Of a stretch of DNA of 42,992 nucleotides, positions 8,875 to 18,714 are shown in pieces. Both the position numbers and the translations under genes were made by a program. Positions within the stretch are counted from its first letter, which is position 1. Every line of letters begins with the position of its first letter. The stretch is taken from sequence record DRR723986_5348. One strand, 5' to 3'. The notes below the pieces were generated by a model. The model saw nothing but the letters and a program-made list of their open reading frames with translations. It made no database searches and had not been told where the DNA came from.

Positions 8875-10176
8875 CTAATTTCTAAGTTTTTCTATAGCTT
8901 CAACTACTGCACTGTGTGTAACCGCATTTGTTTTAAAATACTCTACAAGTTTGTTTTTCTCTTCTGTAGTCGCTTCAAACTGATTTAATATATTCATTAA
9001 ATGCATTTTCATATGCCCTTCTTGTATGCCTGTAGTTGTTAGAGATTTTACAGCTGCAAAATTTTGTGCTAAACCAGCAACGGCCACAATTTGCATTAAT
9101 TCTCTTGCAGATGGTTTTTCTAGCAATTCTAAGGTAAATTTCACCAATGGATGTAAACTTGTTAAACCACCAACTGTGCCTAATGCTAGAGGTATTTCAA
9201 TCCAGAATTTAAATATATTATTATCAATAGAGCAATGGGTTAAACTTGAATACTTACCGTTTCTAGATGCATATGCATGTATTCCGGCTTCAACTGCTCT
9301 AAAATCGTTACCAGTAGCTAATACAACAGCATCGATTCCATTCATTATGCCTTTGTTATGAGTGACAGCTCTGTATGGTTCAATTTCTGCTATATCAATA
9401 GCTTGCTTAAATTTCTGAGCAAACAATGTTGGGTTTTTAATGTCTTTGCTTTGTAAGTCCTCAATATTACAAGAAACTTCTGCTCGTACAATGCAGTTAG
9501 GTACATAGTTAGAGAGAATACTCATCACAATATTTATGTCGTCATCAAGTTGTGATTCAGCTTCATTTTTAATGGTTTTAGCAAATTGTTCTAAGCAAGA
9601 ATTTATAAAATTGGCACCCATGGCATCGAGTGTCTCAAACGTAGCGTGCAGTTGGTAGTAGTGCTCTAAATCTTCGGTTTTATTTCTAAGCTCAATATCT
9701 AAAATGCCACCACCACGACGTTCCATGTTTTTAGTGATGGCTTTCGTGTCTTCAATAAGTTTTGGTTTTACACTTTTAAAGAACGATTGTAGCGCTTCAA
9801 AATTACCAGAATACGTAAAATGAACCTGGCCAATTTTTTCCGTTGAAATCACTTTTGCCTTAAAACCACCTCTGTCTAACCAAAATTTAGCTGCCTTACT
9901 CGCTGCTGCAACCACAGAGCTTTCTTCGATAGCCATAGGAATTGTATAAAGCTTGTTGTTTATTGAAAAATTTGGGGCAACACCAAGTGGTAAATAATAA
10001 TTGGTAATAGTGTTTTCTATAAACTCGTCGTGAAGTTTCTGTAGCTTTTCGTCTGTATTCCAATATTGATGTATCAGAATTCGTGCATTGTCTTTATCAG
10101 AAAAATAAGTGTCTAAAAGCCATTCAATCTTTTCAGATTTAGAAAGCTTAGAAAAGCCAGAAATAGCGTTGGGCAT
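8875..10176 (-). CDS. mvaA: Class II HMG-CoA reductase
   Basis: IENTI, PMAIEESSVVAA, DAMGAN, THNKGIMNG and GIQEGHMKMH motifs. Start moved to ATG 10176 because the ORF-track TTG at 10200 falls inside the promoter. Confidence 0.95.
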   Translation of the reverse strand: MPNAISGFSKLSKSEKIEWLLDTYFSDKDNARILIHQYWNTDEKLQKLHDEFIENTITNYYLPLGVAPNFSINNKLYTIPMAIEESSVVAAASKAAKFWLDRGGFKAKVISTEKIGQVHFTYSGNFEALQSFFKSVKPKLIEDTKAITKNMERRGGGILDIELRNKTEDLEHYYQLHATFETLDAMGANFINSCLEQFAKTIKNEAESQLDDDINIVMSILSNYVPNCIVRAEVSCNIEDLQSKDIKNPTLFAQKFKQAIDIAEIEPYRAVTHNKGIMNGIDAVVLATGNDFRAVEAGIHAYASRNGKYSSLTHCSIDNNIFKFWIEIPLALGTVGGLTSLHPLVKFTLELLEKPSARELMQIVAVAGLAQNFAAVKSLTTTGIQEGHMKMHLMNILNQFEATTEEKNKLVEYFKTNAVTHSAVVEAIEKLRN

Positions 10177-10197
10177 ATGTTTGTAGATTTTAAAATG

Positions 10198-10205
10198 CAA
10201 AGATA
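10198..10205 (-). promoter_or_regulatory. -7 promoter element for the HMG-CoA reductase / GHMP kinase operon
   Basis: Minus strand TATCTTTG, 21 nt upstream of ATG 10176. Confidence 0.75.
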
Positions 10206-10326
10206 CTTAGGATTGGCATAAAATATGTGCCTATTCCACTATTATTGCTGATTTACTGTTAATAATGCCCGTTTTTTGCATATTTTTTAGTAAACTTGGC
10301 ATTGCTTTATTGAAATAATAACATAT

Positions 10327-12555
10327 ATGAAATTGAGAAATTTTGTAGCCATTATTGGCTTATTAGTGACATCGCTAACTTATTGTCAAAGTAAACAGAT
10401 TTCACTTGAAGATATTTGGAGTGGTGCTTTTAGAACCGAAGGAATGCAAGCACTACATTCCATGAATAACGGAAAACAGTATTCAGTTTTAAATTATGAT
10501 AGGCAAAACGGTACCTCTACAATAGATATTTACGATTATAAAACTTTAGAAAAAGTAAAAACCTTGGTGTCTTCTTCAGAAATTGAAGAAATTCAAGGTT
10601 TTTTTGATTATACCTTTAGTGAAGATGAAACAAAAGTAGTGCTGACCACGAAGGAAATTCCTGTATTTAGAAGATCTCGATTGGGTGAATATTACATTTT
10701 TGATATTACAGATAAATCACTTGTAAAAGTATCAGACGAATTAGTTCAAGAACCAACATTGTCTCCAGATGGAAGCAAGGTGGCATATGGGTTTAATAAT
10801 AATTTATATGTTAAAGATCTTGCCTATGGAAAGGTTGAACAGATAACTACAGATGGCGAAAAAAACAAAATTATTAATGGCATAACGGATTGGGTTTACG
10901 AGGAAGAATTTAGCTTTGTACGAGCTTTTGATTGGAATTCGGCTAGTAATCAAATTGCGTTTATTCGATTTGATGAAACGGATGTTCCAGAATTTTCAAT
11001 GGACGTGTATGGTTCTGATTTATACCAAACACAACAGGTCTTTAAATATCCTAAAGCTGGAGAAGCAAATTCTAAGGTGTCCTTGCATTTATATAATTTA
11101 AGTTCCAAAAAAACACAAAAGTTAAAGGTAGATAAATCATATAACGATTTTTATATACCAAGAATTAAGTGGACGAATGATGCCAGTGTTTTAAGTGCGC
11201 AATACATGAATCGTCATCAGAATGAACTAGATCTTTGGATGATAAATACCAAGTATATGACATCAGATTTAGTATTAGCGGAAAAAGACAAAGCATATAT
11301 AGATGTAACTTTTAATTTAACATTTTTAAAAGACAATAGTTTTATTTGGACGAGTGAGAAAGATGGTTACAATCATATTTATCATTATGCTAATGACGGT
11401 AAATTGATTAAGCAGGTCACTAATGGCAATTGGGAAGTCACTAACTATTATGGCTTCAATGAAAAGTCAAATACAATTTATTTTCAATCTACAGAAAATG
11501 GGTCTATTAATAGAGATGTGTATTCTATTAAGTTAAATGGCAATGGTAAAAAACGATTAACAAAAACTAATGGTTTTAATAGCGCATCATTTAGTGCTGA
11601 TTTCACTTATTTTATTAATACGCATTCTAGTGCTACGTCACCACCAGAATATACATTGAATAATTCAAAAACAGGTGGAGTTGTAAAAAGTATAAAAGAT
11701 AATGATAAGCTGGCTCAGAAAGTAGGCGAATATGTAACGTCCAAAAAAGAGTTTAGTACCATAAATGTTAATGGTAATGACCTTAATATGTGGATGATTA
11801 AACCTGCCGATTTTGATCCTAAAATAGAATATCCATTGTTTATGTATCAATACTCTGGTCCAGGTTCACAGCAAGTGGCTAATCGTTGGAATGGTACAAA
11901 CGACTATTGGTATCAAATGTTAGCACAACAAGGTTATATAGTAGCTTGTGTAGATGGTAGAGGTACAGGATTTAAAGGTGCTGATTTTAAGAAAGTTACT
12001 CAAAATAAATTAGGGAAATACGAAGTAGAAGATCAAATTGCAGCAGCTAAAAAGCTAGGTACATTACCATATATTGATGAAACTAGAATAGGGATTTGGG
12101 GTTGGAGCTATGGAGGTTTTATGAGTAGTAATGCCTTGTTTAAAGGAAATGATGTCTTTTCTATGGCAATTGCAGTTGCACCTGTAACTAGTTGGAGGTT
12201 TTATGATACAATTTATACCGAGCGTTACATGACAACTCCTCAAGAAAACCCTAGCGGTTATGACGAGAATTCGCCAATAAATCATGTAGATAATTTAAAA
12301 GGTGATTTCCTTTTAATCCATGGTACAGGAGATGATAACGTACATGTGCAAAATACCATGCGTATGGTTGAAGCTTTAATACAAGCAGATAAACAATTTG
12401 AATGGATGATATATCCAGATAAAAATCATGGTATTTACGGAGGAAATACAAGATTACACCTGTATAAAAAGATGACTAACTTTATCAATAAAACATTAGG
12501 TGATAAGATTGTAAAAAAATCAGAAGAAGAAATTACATCTAAAATCAAAGGATAA
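10327..12555 (+). CDS. Dipeptidyl peptidase IV (S9B family)
   Basis: Signal peptide, DWVYEEE motif, GWSYGG nucleophile, DDNVH aspartate and KNHGI histidine. Confidence 0.95.
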   Translation: MKLRNFVAIIGLLVTSLTYCQSKQISLEDIWSGAFRTEGMQALHSMNNGKQYSVLNYDRQNGTSTIDIYDYKTLEKVKTLVSSSEIEEIQGFFDYTFSEDETKVVLTTKEIPVFRRSRLGEYYIFDITDKSLVKVSDELVQEPTLSPDGSKVAYGFNNNLYVKDLAYGKVEQITTDGEKNKIINGITDWVYEEEFSFVRAFDWNSASNQIAFIRFDETDVPEFSMDVYGSDLYQTQQVFKYPKAGEANSKVSLHLYNLSSKKTQKLKVDKSYNDFYIPRIKWTNDASVLSAQYMNRHQNELDLWMINTKYMTSDLVLAEKDKAYIDVTFNLTFLKDNSFIWTSEKDGYNHIYHYANDGKLIKQVTNGNWEVTNYYGFNEKSNTIYFQSTENGSINRDVYSIKLNGNGKKRLTKTNGFNSASFSADFTYFINTHSSATSPPEYTLNNSKTGGVVKSIKDNDKLAQKVGEYVTSKKEFSTINVNGNDLNMWMIKPADFDPKIEYPLFMYQYSGPGSQQVANRWNGTNDYWYQMLAQQGYIVACVDGRGTGFKGADFKKVTQNKLGKYEVEDQIAAAKKLGTLPYIDETRIGIWGWSYGGFMSSNALFKGNDVFSMAIAVAPVTSWRFYDTIYTERYMTTPQENPSGYDENSPINHVDNLKGDFLLIHGTGDDNVHVQNTMRMVEALIQADKQFEWMIYPDKNHGIYGGNTRLHLYKKMTNFINKTLGDKIVKKSEEEITSKIKG

Positions 12556-12583
12556 ACTAACTAACACTAACTAAAATTAATAT

Positions 12584-14146
12584 ATGTCTACAGCAATCAA
12601 ACAACCGCATCAAAGAGAATTATTTGGACAACCGATTGGTCTTTACATTTTGTTTTTAACTGAAATGTGGGAGCGATTCTCATACTATGGTATGAGAGCA
12701 CTTTTAGTTCTTTATATGACAACACAAACTATGGGTGATGATAGAGGCCCAGGATTAGGATGGACCAATCAAGAAGCGCTTGCACTTTATGGATGGTATA
12801 CAATGCTTGTATATGTAATGTCTATTCCAGGTGGTATGATTGCAGATAAACTTATTGGTCAGAAAAAAGCAGTTCTTGTTGGAGCCATAGTGCTTTGTAT
12901 GGGACACGGTGTTCTTGTGCTTACCGATATTTGGGCATTCTATACTGGTCTAGGACTTGTTATTTTAGGTGTAGGTTTGCTTAAACCAAATATATCAACT
13001 ATGGTGGGAGGGCTCTATCAAGAAGGGGATATAAGACGAGATAAGGGTTTTTCTATCTTTTATATTGGTATTAATTTAGGATCATTATTAGCAACTATGA
13101 TAGTTGGTTTAGTGGTTGCAGAATGGGGTTGGCACGCAGGTTTTGGTTTAGCCGGAATAGTAATGGTACTCGGTTTAATAAATTATTTATATGGACAGAA
13201 ATATTTAGTTCATGTTGGTAATTATGAAAAGCCAACGGGAGATGATCCTAACGAAATATCTTATGGGAAGTTGTATGCTAAATTAGCTAGTTCTCCAATG
13301 CAATTAGGGTTTACTGTAGTCTTGGCAATTCTCTCTGTAATAGGTTGGTATTATATGGGATGGGGTTATGGTCTTTTATTTTTATTCTTAACGGCTATTG
13401 CATCATTATTAATGATGATTTATAAAGAATTAGATTCTCAAGTTTATAAAGATCGTTTTATGGTTTTGTTACTATCATTTATAATGGTAATTATTTTCTG
13501 GGGAGCTTTTGAACAAGCTGGAGGATTAATGAATTTATATACAGAAACAAATACGGACAGAGTATTATTTGGATGGGAAATTCCTACTGTAATGTTTCAA
13601 AGTTTAAATGCTGGTTTTATTATCATATTTGCGACAATTGTTGCAGGTTATTGGGCTAAAAGACAATTAAAAGGTAAAGAAGCTTCGTCATTATTTAAAA
13701 TGGCTTTAGGTATAATAATAATGGGCTTTGGATTCCTATTCATGGTTTTTGCTGCAATGGAATTTGAAAAATCAGGTACATCTAGCATGATCTGGTTAGT
13801 CTTGGCATATTTATTCCATACTATTGGTGAATTATGTATTTCGCCAGTAGCATTATCATTTATTACAAAATTAGCTCCAGTAAAATATGCTTCTCTTATG
13901 ATGGGTGTTTATTTTGCAGCAACGGGTCTTGGAAATAAAGTAGCTGGTATAGTTGGTGAATCTGCATCTGAATTTGGTGAGTACGCTATTTTCTTAGGAA
14001 TTTTAGTATTTACAGTAATAGTTGGCTCATTATTTATTATGTTATTGAAGCCGCTTAAACGCCTTACTCATGGTGCTGAAGACAATGAACGAGTTATGCT
14101 AGAAACTGAAAAGTACGAATTAGCTGATCCAGACATTAACGATTAA
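12584..14146 (+). CDS. Proton-dependent oligopeptide transporter (POT/PTR family, MFS)
   Basis: EMWERFSYYG (ExxERFxYY), GLLKPN, FSIFYIGINLGS and GELCISP motifs. Confidence 0.95.
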   Translation: MSTAIKQPHQRELFGQPIGLYILFLTEMWERFSYYGMRALLVLYMTTQTMGDDRGPGLGWTNQEALALYGWYTMLVYVMSIPGGMIADKLIGQKKAVLVGAIVLCMGHGVLVLTDIWAFYTGLGLVILGVGLLKPNISTMVGGLYQEGDIRRDKGFSIFYIGINLGSLLATMIVGLVVAEWGWHAGFGLAGIVMVLGLINYLYGQKYLVHVGNYEKPTGDDPNEISYGKLYAKLASSPMQLGFTVVLAILSVIGWYYMGWGYGLLFLFLTAIASLLMMIYKELDSQVYKDRFMVLLLSFIMVIIFWGAFEQAGGLMNLYTETNTDRVLFGWEIPTVMFQSLNAGFIIIFATIVAGYWAKRQLKGKEASSLFKMALGIIIMGFGFLFMVFAAMEFEKSGTSSMIWLVLAYLFHTIGELCISPVALSFITKLAPVKYASLMMGVYFAATGLGNKVAGIVGESASEFGEYAIFLGILVFTVIVGSLFIMLLKPLKRLTHGAEDNERVMLETEKYELADPDIND

Positions 14147-14153
14147 TAATCAT

Positions 14154-14190
14154 AAAAGACCCTTGCAATTACATGTTGTAAGGGTTTCTT
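14154..14190 (+). terminator. Hairpin / probable intrinsic terminator between the two POT genes
   Basis: GACCCTTGCAAT-TACAT-GTTGTAAGGGTT with an imperfect U-rich tail. Confidence 0.65.
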
Positions 14191-14216
14191 CATATTACTA
14201 ACTAAACAATCAATTT

Positions 14217-16001
14217 ATGAATACTGATATTGAAAATCTTTTTAAAGACAAGGTAATTGGTCATCCGGCTGGCTTATTTGTTCTGTTTTTTACTGAAATG
14301 TGGGAGCGTTTTTCTTTTTATGGAATGCGTATTTTATTAGTACTGTTCTTAACTGCACCGTTTGCGAGTGAAAATCCTGGATGGGATTGGCCAAGAGAAC
14401 ATGCATTAGCTCTCATCGGAACTTACGCTTCACTTCTATATTTAACCCCAATAATTGGTGGTTGGATTGCTGATAAAATAACTGGATATCGTATTGCTGT
14501 AGTTATAGGTTGTTTAATTATGACATTAGGACATGCCTCAATGGCATTAGAAACTACAATGTCCTTCTATTTAGGCTTAGCATTATTAGTTATCGGAACA
14601 GGATTCTTTAAGCCCAATATTACCTCTATTATTTCCGAAATGTACAAAGGCAAAGAGTCAAAAAAAGATGGTGCTTATACAATCTTTTATATGGGTGTAA
14701 ATGCAGGTGCATTTTTCGGCATGATGTTATGTGGATACCTAGCTGAAAATTATGGATGGTCTTGGGGATTCGGATTAGCTGGTATTTTTATGATGCTTGG
14801 CATGCTTCAGTTTTGGTTGGCTAAGAATTTATTTGGAAGTATTGGAGCTAAGCCATCAAAAGTTCATGAGGTTGAATTGCCTCAAAATATAAATGAAGTA
14901 AGCCCTGAGGAACAGGAAGAGGCGATGGCAGATGAGAAACTAAACCCTTTTACTATGTTTGATAAGGTTTTAATTGTATTATCTTCCGTAGGTGGTCTGT
15001 TATATTTATTTAATGATCCATTAGAAAAAATTGGTGGTACGAGCTTAGCCCCATTTGAGCTATTTGGTTTAAGTGGTTCTAATGTGGTTGTATTAGGTGC
15101 TCTTGTTTTATTCTTAATTCTTTTAGTTACTCGAATTGCCAGATATATTCCAATAGTTAGAGACAGGATTATAGCAGTGTCAATCTTTGGTTTGTTTACT
15201 GTATTTTTCTTTGCCTTTTTTGAACAATCTTTAGGTTCAATGACCTTATTTGCCCGAGATTATACAGATAGAACTTTAGTTGGCGATTCAGCAATGATTT
15301 TTAAAGTAGTTGATGCTTTATTAACTACTGTTCCGTTAATTATTATTACATGGGTACTTTGGCTTTTGGCAAAGAAAACATTTTCTAGAATTGGATTGTC
15401 TAATATAGTATTGGCAATTGCATTTGCTGGTTTATGGTTCTTAGTGATTTTTAGATTGATGGATAAATTCTCTCAAGAAGGAAATGAAGTAGATGCAACA
15501 TGGTTTGGTATTCTAAACTCATTCTTCATTATTACTCTTGCACCATTATTCTCGAAATGGTGGGAAAGTAAATATAACCCAAGTGCAGCCATGAAGTATG
15601 GTTTGGGACTAATTTTACTTGGTCTTGGATTTGCAATATTATCTTACGGCGCATCTGAGATTCCATCTGGTGCAAAAACAGCTTCAGTAAGTATGATTTT
15701 CTTAATTTTAGCTTACCTTTTACATACAATGGGAGAATTATGTCTGTCTCCTGTAGGACTGTCATACCTGAGTAAACTTGTTCCTGCGAGGATGATTGGA
15801 TTTATGTTTGGTGTTTGGTATTTAGCGATTGCTGTAGGTCAAAAAGCAGCAGGAACAATGGGTGGAATGATTGATAAAATATCAGAGCAATATTCGTTAG
15901 GAACATTTTTCCTCATTTTTACGTTAATTCCTATCGGTGTTGGATTAATTTCAATTCTATTAAATCCAGTATTAAAAAGACTTATGCACGGTGTGCGATA
16001 A
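14217..16001 (+). CDS. Second POT/PTR family peptide transporter
   Basis: EMWERFSFYG, GFFKPN, YTIFYMGVNAG and GELCLSP motifs; 594 aa. Confidence 0.95.
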   Translation: MNTDIENLFKDKVIGHPAGLFVLFFTEMWERFSFYGMRILLVLFLTAPFASENPGWDWPREHALALIGTYASLLYLTPIIGGWIADKITGYRIAVVIGCLIMTLGHASMALETTMSFYLGLALLVIGTGFFKPNITSIISEMYKGKESKKDGAYTIFYMGVNAGAFFGMMLCGYLAENYGWSWGFGLAGIFMMLGMLQFWLAKNLFGSIGAKPSKVHEVELPQNINEVSPEEQEEAMADEKLNPFTMFDKVLIVLSSVGGLLYLFNDPLEKIGGTSLAPFELFGLSGSNVVVLGALVLFLILLVTRIARYIPIVRDRIIAVSIFGLFTVFFFAFFEQSLGSMTLFARDYTDRTLVGDSAMIFKVVDALLTTVPLIIITWVLWLLAKKTFSRIGLSNIVLAIAFAGLWFLVIFRLMDKFSQEGNEVDATWFGILNSFFIITLAPLFSKWWESKYNPSAAMKYGLGLILLGLGFAILSYGASEIPSGAKTASVSMIFLILAYLLHTMGELCLSPVGLSYLSKLVPARMIGFMFGVWYLAIAVGQKAAGTMGGMIDKISEQYSLGTFFLIFTLIPIGVGLISILLNPVLKRLMHGVR

Positions 16002-16026
16002 ACGAATAAATTCGTTAAAACATCCT

Positions 16027-16054
16027 AAAATGCTCCTATTAATGAGCATTTTTT
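16027..16054 (+). terminator. Intrinsic terminator after the POT genes
   Basis: AAAATGCTC-CTATTAAT-GAGCATTTTTT. Confidence 0.75.
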
Positions 16055-16088
16055 GTAAGTTCGGTATAACAATTGCTACAAATTAGTC

Positions 16089-16646
16089 ATGAAGAAACTA
16101 GGATATTTACTACTTATAGTATTATTGGCCTCATTTAAGCCAATTGAAGAGGAAGGCAAAGAAATTAATTGGTTAACCATAGAAGAAGCGGTTGAGCTAC
16201 AGAAAAAAGAACCTAAGAAAATTATTATGGACGTCTATACCAATTGGTGCGGTCCATGTAAAATGTTAGATAAAAACACATTTCACAACGCAGATGTGGT
16301 TGATTACATTAACGAGAACTATTACGCGGTAAAATTTAATGCAGAAGGTAACTCAGCGGTAACGTTTAATGACAAAACGTTTACTAACCCGAGTTTTGAT
16401 GAGACTAAAGTAAACCGTAGAAATGGTGTACATCAATTTACACGCTATTTAAAAGTACGTTCTTATCCTACCATGGTATTCTTTGATGAAGATGCCAATT
16501 ATATAACACCTGTTGTAGGCTATTTAAAACCGAGGCAGTTAGAGTTGTATCTAAAGCTATTTAAGAACGACGACCATAAAGATATGGACACCCAAGAAAA
16601 ATTTAATGAGTATTATAAAGCCTTTAAACCAACGTTTAAAGAGTAA
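16089..16646 (+). CDS. Exported thioredoxin-fold protein
   Basis: N-terminal signal peptide, WCGPC active site and cis-Pro motif YPT. Confidence 0.9.
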   Translation: MKKLGYLLLIVLLASFKPIEEEGKEINWLTIEEAVELQKKEPKKIIMDVYTNWCGPCKMLDKNTFHNADVVDYINENYYAVKFNAEGNSAVTFNDKTFTNPSFDETKVNRRNGVHQFTRYLKVRSYPTMVFFDEDANYITPVVGYLKPRQLELYLKLFKNDDHKDMDTQEKFNEYYKAFKPTFKE

Positions 16647-16653
16647 GTAAGAC

Positions 16654-18684
16654 TTATCTCAAAATAAAGGCTCCCTTTTCATTAGTATAATGGAAAGGGA
16701 TTTTTTTATCACCACAAGTAGCCTTCCAACGATTAACATAAGATTTGAAATTACTTGCGTCAGCAATAATGGTATTGGGTTTAAGACTATCTATAAGTCT
16801 GTTGAGATTCAGTCTTGGTGAATTTCTTAGCAATACATAGTCTGGCCGAAAACTAAGATTTTTATAAACGGCGAAACTATCAATAACCAATAATGTTTGA
16901 TTTTTAAAATTATAGACATTTACGAGGCTGTCCATTGCAATTGTATCGACAGATTCTCCTACACTAAAGTTTTTAATGGTATTATCTGTTTTTAATTTTA
17001 CGGAATCAAGGTTGTGATATACCATTAGCTTGTCGTTCTGTTTGAGGCCAATTATAGAATATCTACTTTTATTAAACACCACAAATTTTTCAGTTTGGGT
17101 CTTATAAAAATTATAAAATGAAGCACCTTGAAAGCAGAGTATAGCGAGCAATGATATTGCTATCCATTTAAAGTTTCTAAACTTATAAACCTGAACTAAT
17201 GCCACAATTAAGAGATAACTAGAGAAAACTTGTAGAACTGTAAAGGGTATATCTCTAAATAGAAAATCTTCAAATTGTGCAACCCAGGCGATAAAACCAT
17301 TCAAACTTTCAATAATAAAACTATAAGAAGTAACCAGAAATTCTGGTAAAAAATTTAATAGAGACAATACAATTATTAAAAGCCCAAACCCTAGAATTAA
17401 GCCTAGAAATGGAATCACTACAATATTTGAAATAAAAAATAGCCCAGGAAACTGATGAAAGTAAAATAAGCTTATTGGTACAACGCCAAATTGGGCAGCT
17501 AGTGTCACTGTAAAAATTTGCCAAAGCTTATCTGATAGCCAGAATTTTGGTTTCAATAATTTATATAATATCGGCTGAATACTTACGATACCAAGAACAG
17601 CCAAATAGCTCATTTGAAACCCAACTTCAAATAAAAAATTAGGCTTAAAAAGTAGAATTAAAAAAGCTGAAATAATTAGTGTGTTATAGATGTTGGTTGG
17701 TCGTTTTAAATGCATAGCCACACTAATAAGACTAAACATTGCTGCCGCCCTTGTAACAGAAGGTGACAAACCTGCAATAATTGCGAACGACCATAATAAT
17801 ATAACAATTAGAAGAGGTCTTAAAGTGTTACCGTATTTTAAATAGAGTAATGGACGAAATAAAAAATTAAGTATTAAAAGGATGATACCAACATGAAGAC
17901 CAGAAACTGCCAGAATATGAATAGTTCCTGCATTTACATAGTTGTTGTAAATCGTCTTATCTATATTCTGTCGTTGTCCTAATAATAATGCATTTATAAT
18001 GCTTAAGGTTTCGTCTTTAAAACCAGCAGCAATTAACCGACGATTAATAGTGGTTCTTAACTCGTCAGCGTATCCATAAATACTTGTCTTGTTATTTGAG
18101 ATTAGGCGAAACGTATCCTTTGTTAAGTATAGTTGATGATATATTTGTTTTAATTCTAAGTAATCAGAATAATCAAACTGATGCGGATTTAGTGGTGTTT
18201 GAATATCTTTTATTTCTGATGATGCTATTATAATATCATCAACAGAAAGAGGCCTAATGAGGCTGTCTTTTCTAATATTTATCAATAAACGACCCGATTT
18301 TGTTTCTCCATTTATAGAATTTACGGAAGCAAAATATTTATCATTATAGAGGTCTGGTTTAAGACGTTCTTCAATTCTAAGTATAAACTCAGAAGTGATA
18401 TTTTTTAAGTCGCTTTTCGTGTAATGATGATGCAGAAGCTTCTCATTTTGAATTTGGTAAGCAGTCATACCAATACTTATAACACACAAATAAGTCAGGA
18501 TTGCAAAAAACGGAAGTCTGTCTTTCTTAGATTTTAAAAAAAGCCAATATATTCCTATAAAAATGACTAGTGAAATAGTAATTAATAAAACTAGATGAAA
18601 ATCTATCTCAAAATAATGAGTTAGAAGAATACCCATAACCAAGGATATGGTTAGTTTAATAAAAGTGAAATTGAGTAGCTTCAT
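16654..18684 (-). CDS. comEC: ComEC/Rec2 family competence membrane protein
   Basis: NPHQFDY (DUF4131 region), ALLLG, HILAVSGLH, SPSVTRA and GFQMSY motifs; many TM helices. Confidence 0.92.
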   Translation of the reverse strand: MKLLNFTFIKLTISLVMGILLTHYFEIDFHLVLLITISLVIFIGIYWLFLKSKKDRLPFFAILTYLCVISIGMTAYQIQNEKLLHHHYTKSDLKNITSEFILRIEERLKPDLYNDKYFASVNSINGETKSGRLLINIRKDSLIRPLSVDDIIIASSEIKDIQTPLNPHQFDYSDYLELKQIYHQLYLTKDTFRLISNNKTSIYGYADELRTTINRRLIAAGFKDETLSIINALLLGQRQNIDKTIYNNYVNAGTIHILAVSGLHVGIILLILNFLFRPLLYLKYGNTLRPLLIVILLWSFAIIAGLSPSVTRAAAMFSLISVAMHLKRPTNIYNTLIISAFLILLFKPNFLFEVGFQMSYLAVLGIVSIQPILYKLLKPKFWLSDKLWQIFTVTLAAQFGVVPISLFYFHQFPGLFFISNIVVIPFLGLILGFGLLIIVLSLLNFLPEFLVTSYSFIIESLNGFIAWVAQFEDFLFRDIPFTVLQVFSSYLLIVALVQVYKFRNFKWIAISLLAILCFQGASFYNFYKTQTEKFVVFNKSRYSIIGLKQNDKLMVYHNLDSVKLKTDNTIKNFSVGESVDTIAMDSLVNVYNFKNQTLLVIDSFAVYKNLSFRPDYVLLRNSPRLNLNRLIDSLKPNTIIADASNFKSYVNRWKATCGDKKIPFHYTNEKGAFILR

Positions 18685-18714
18685 TTGTATGAGCTACTAA
18701 AATATAAAAAACAT

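Noticed and set aside
10177-10200. ORF-track start of HMG-CoA reductase at TTG 10200
   Set aside because: The TTG is part of the TATCTTTG promoter element; ATG 10176 fits better.
10213-10312. TGGCAT sigma54-like sites upstream of DPP IV
   Set aside because: The -12 elements match poorly (ATGT, TATT); too weak to call.
12556-12574. ACTAACTAA direct repeat before the first POT gene
   Set aside because: Low-complexity A-rich leader typical of Bacteroidota; no sign of a repeat array.
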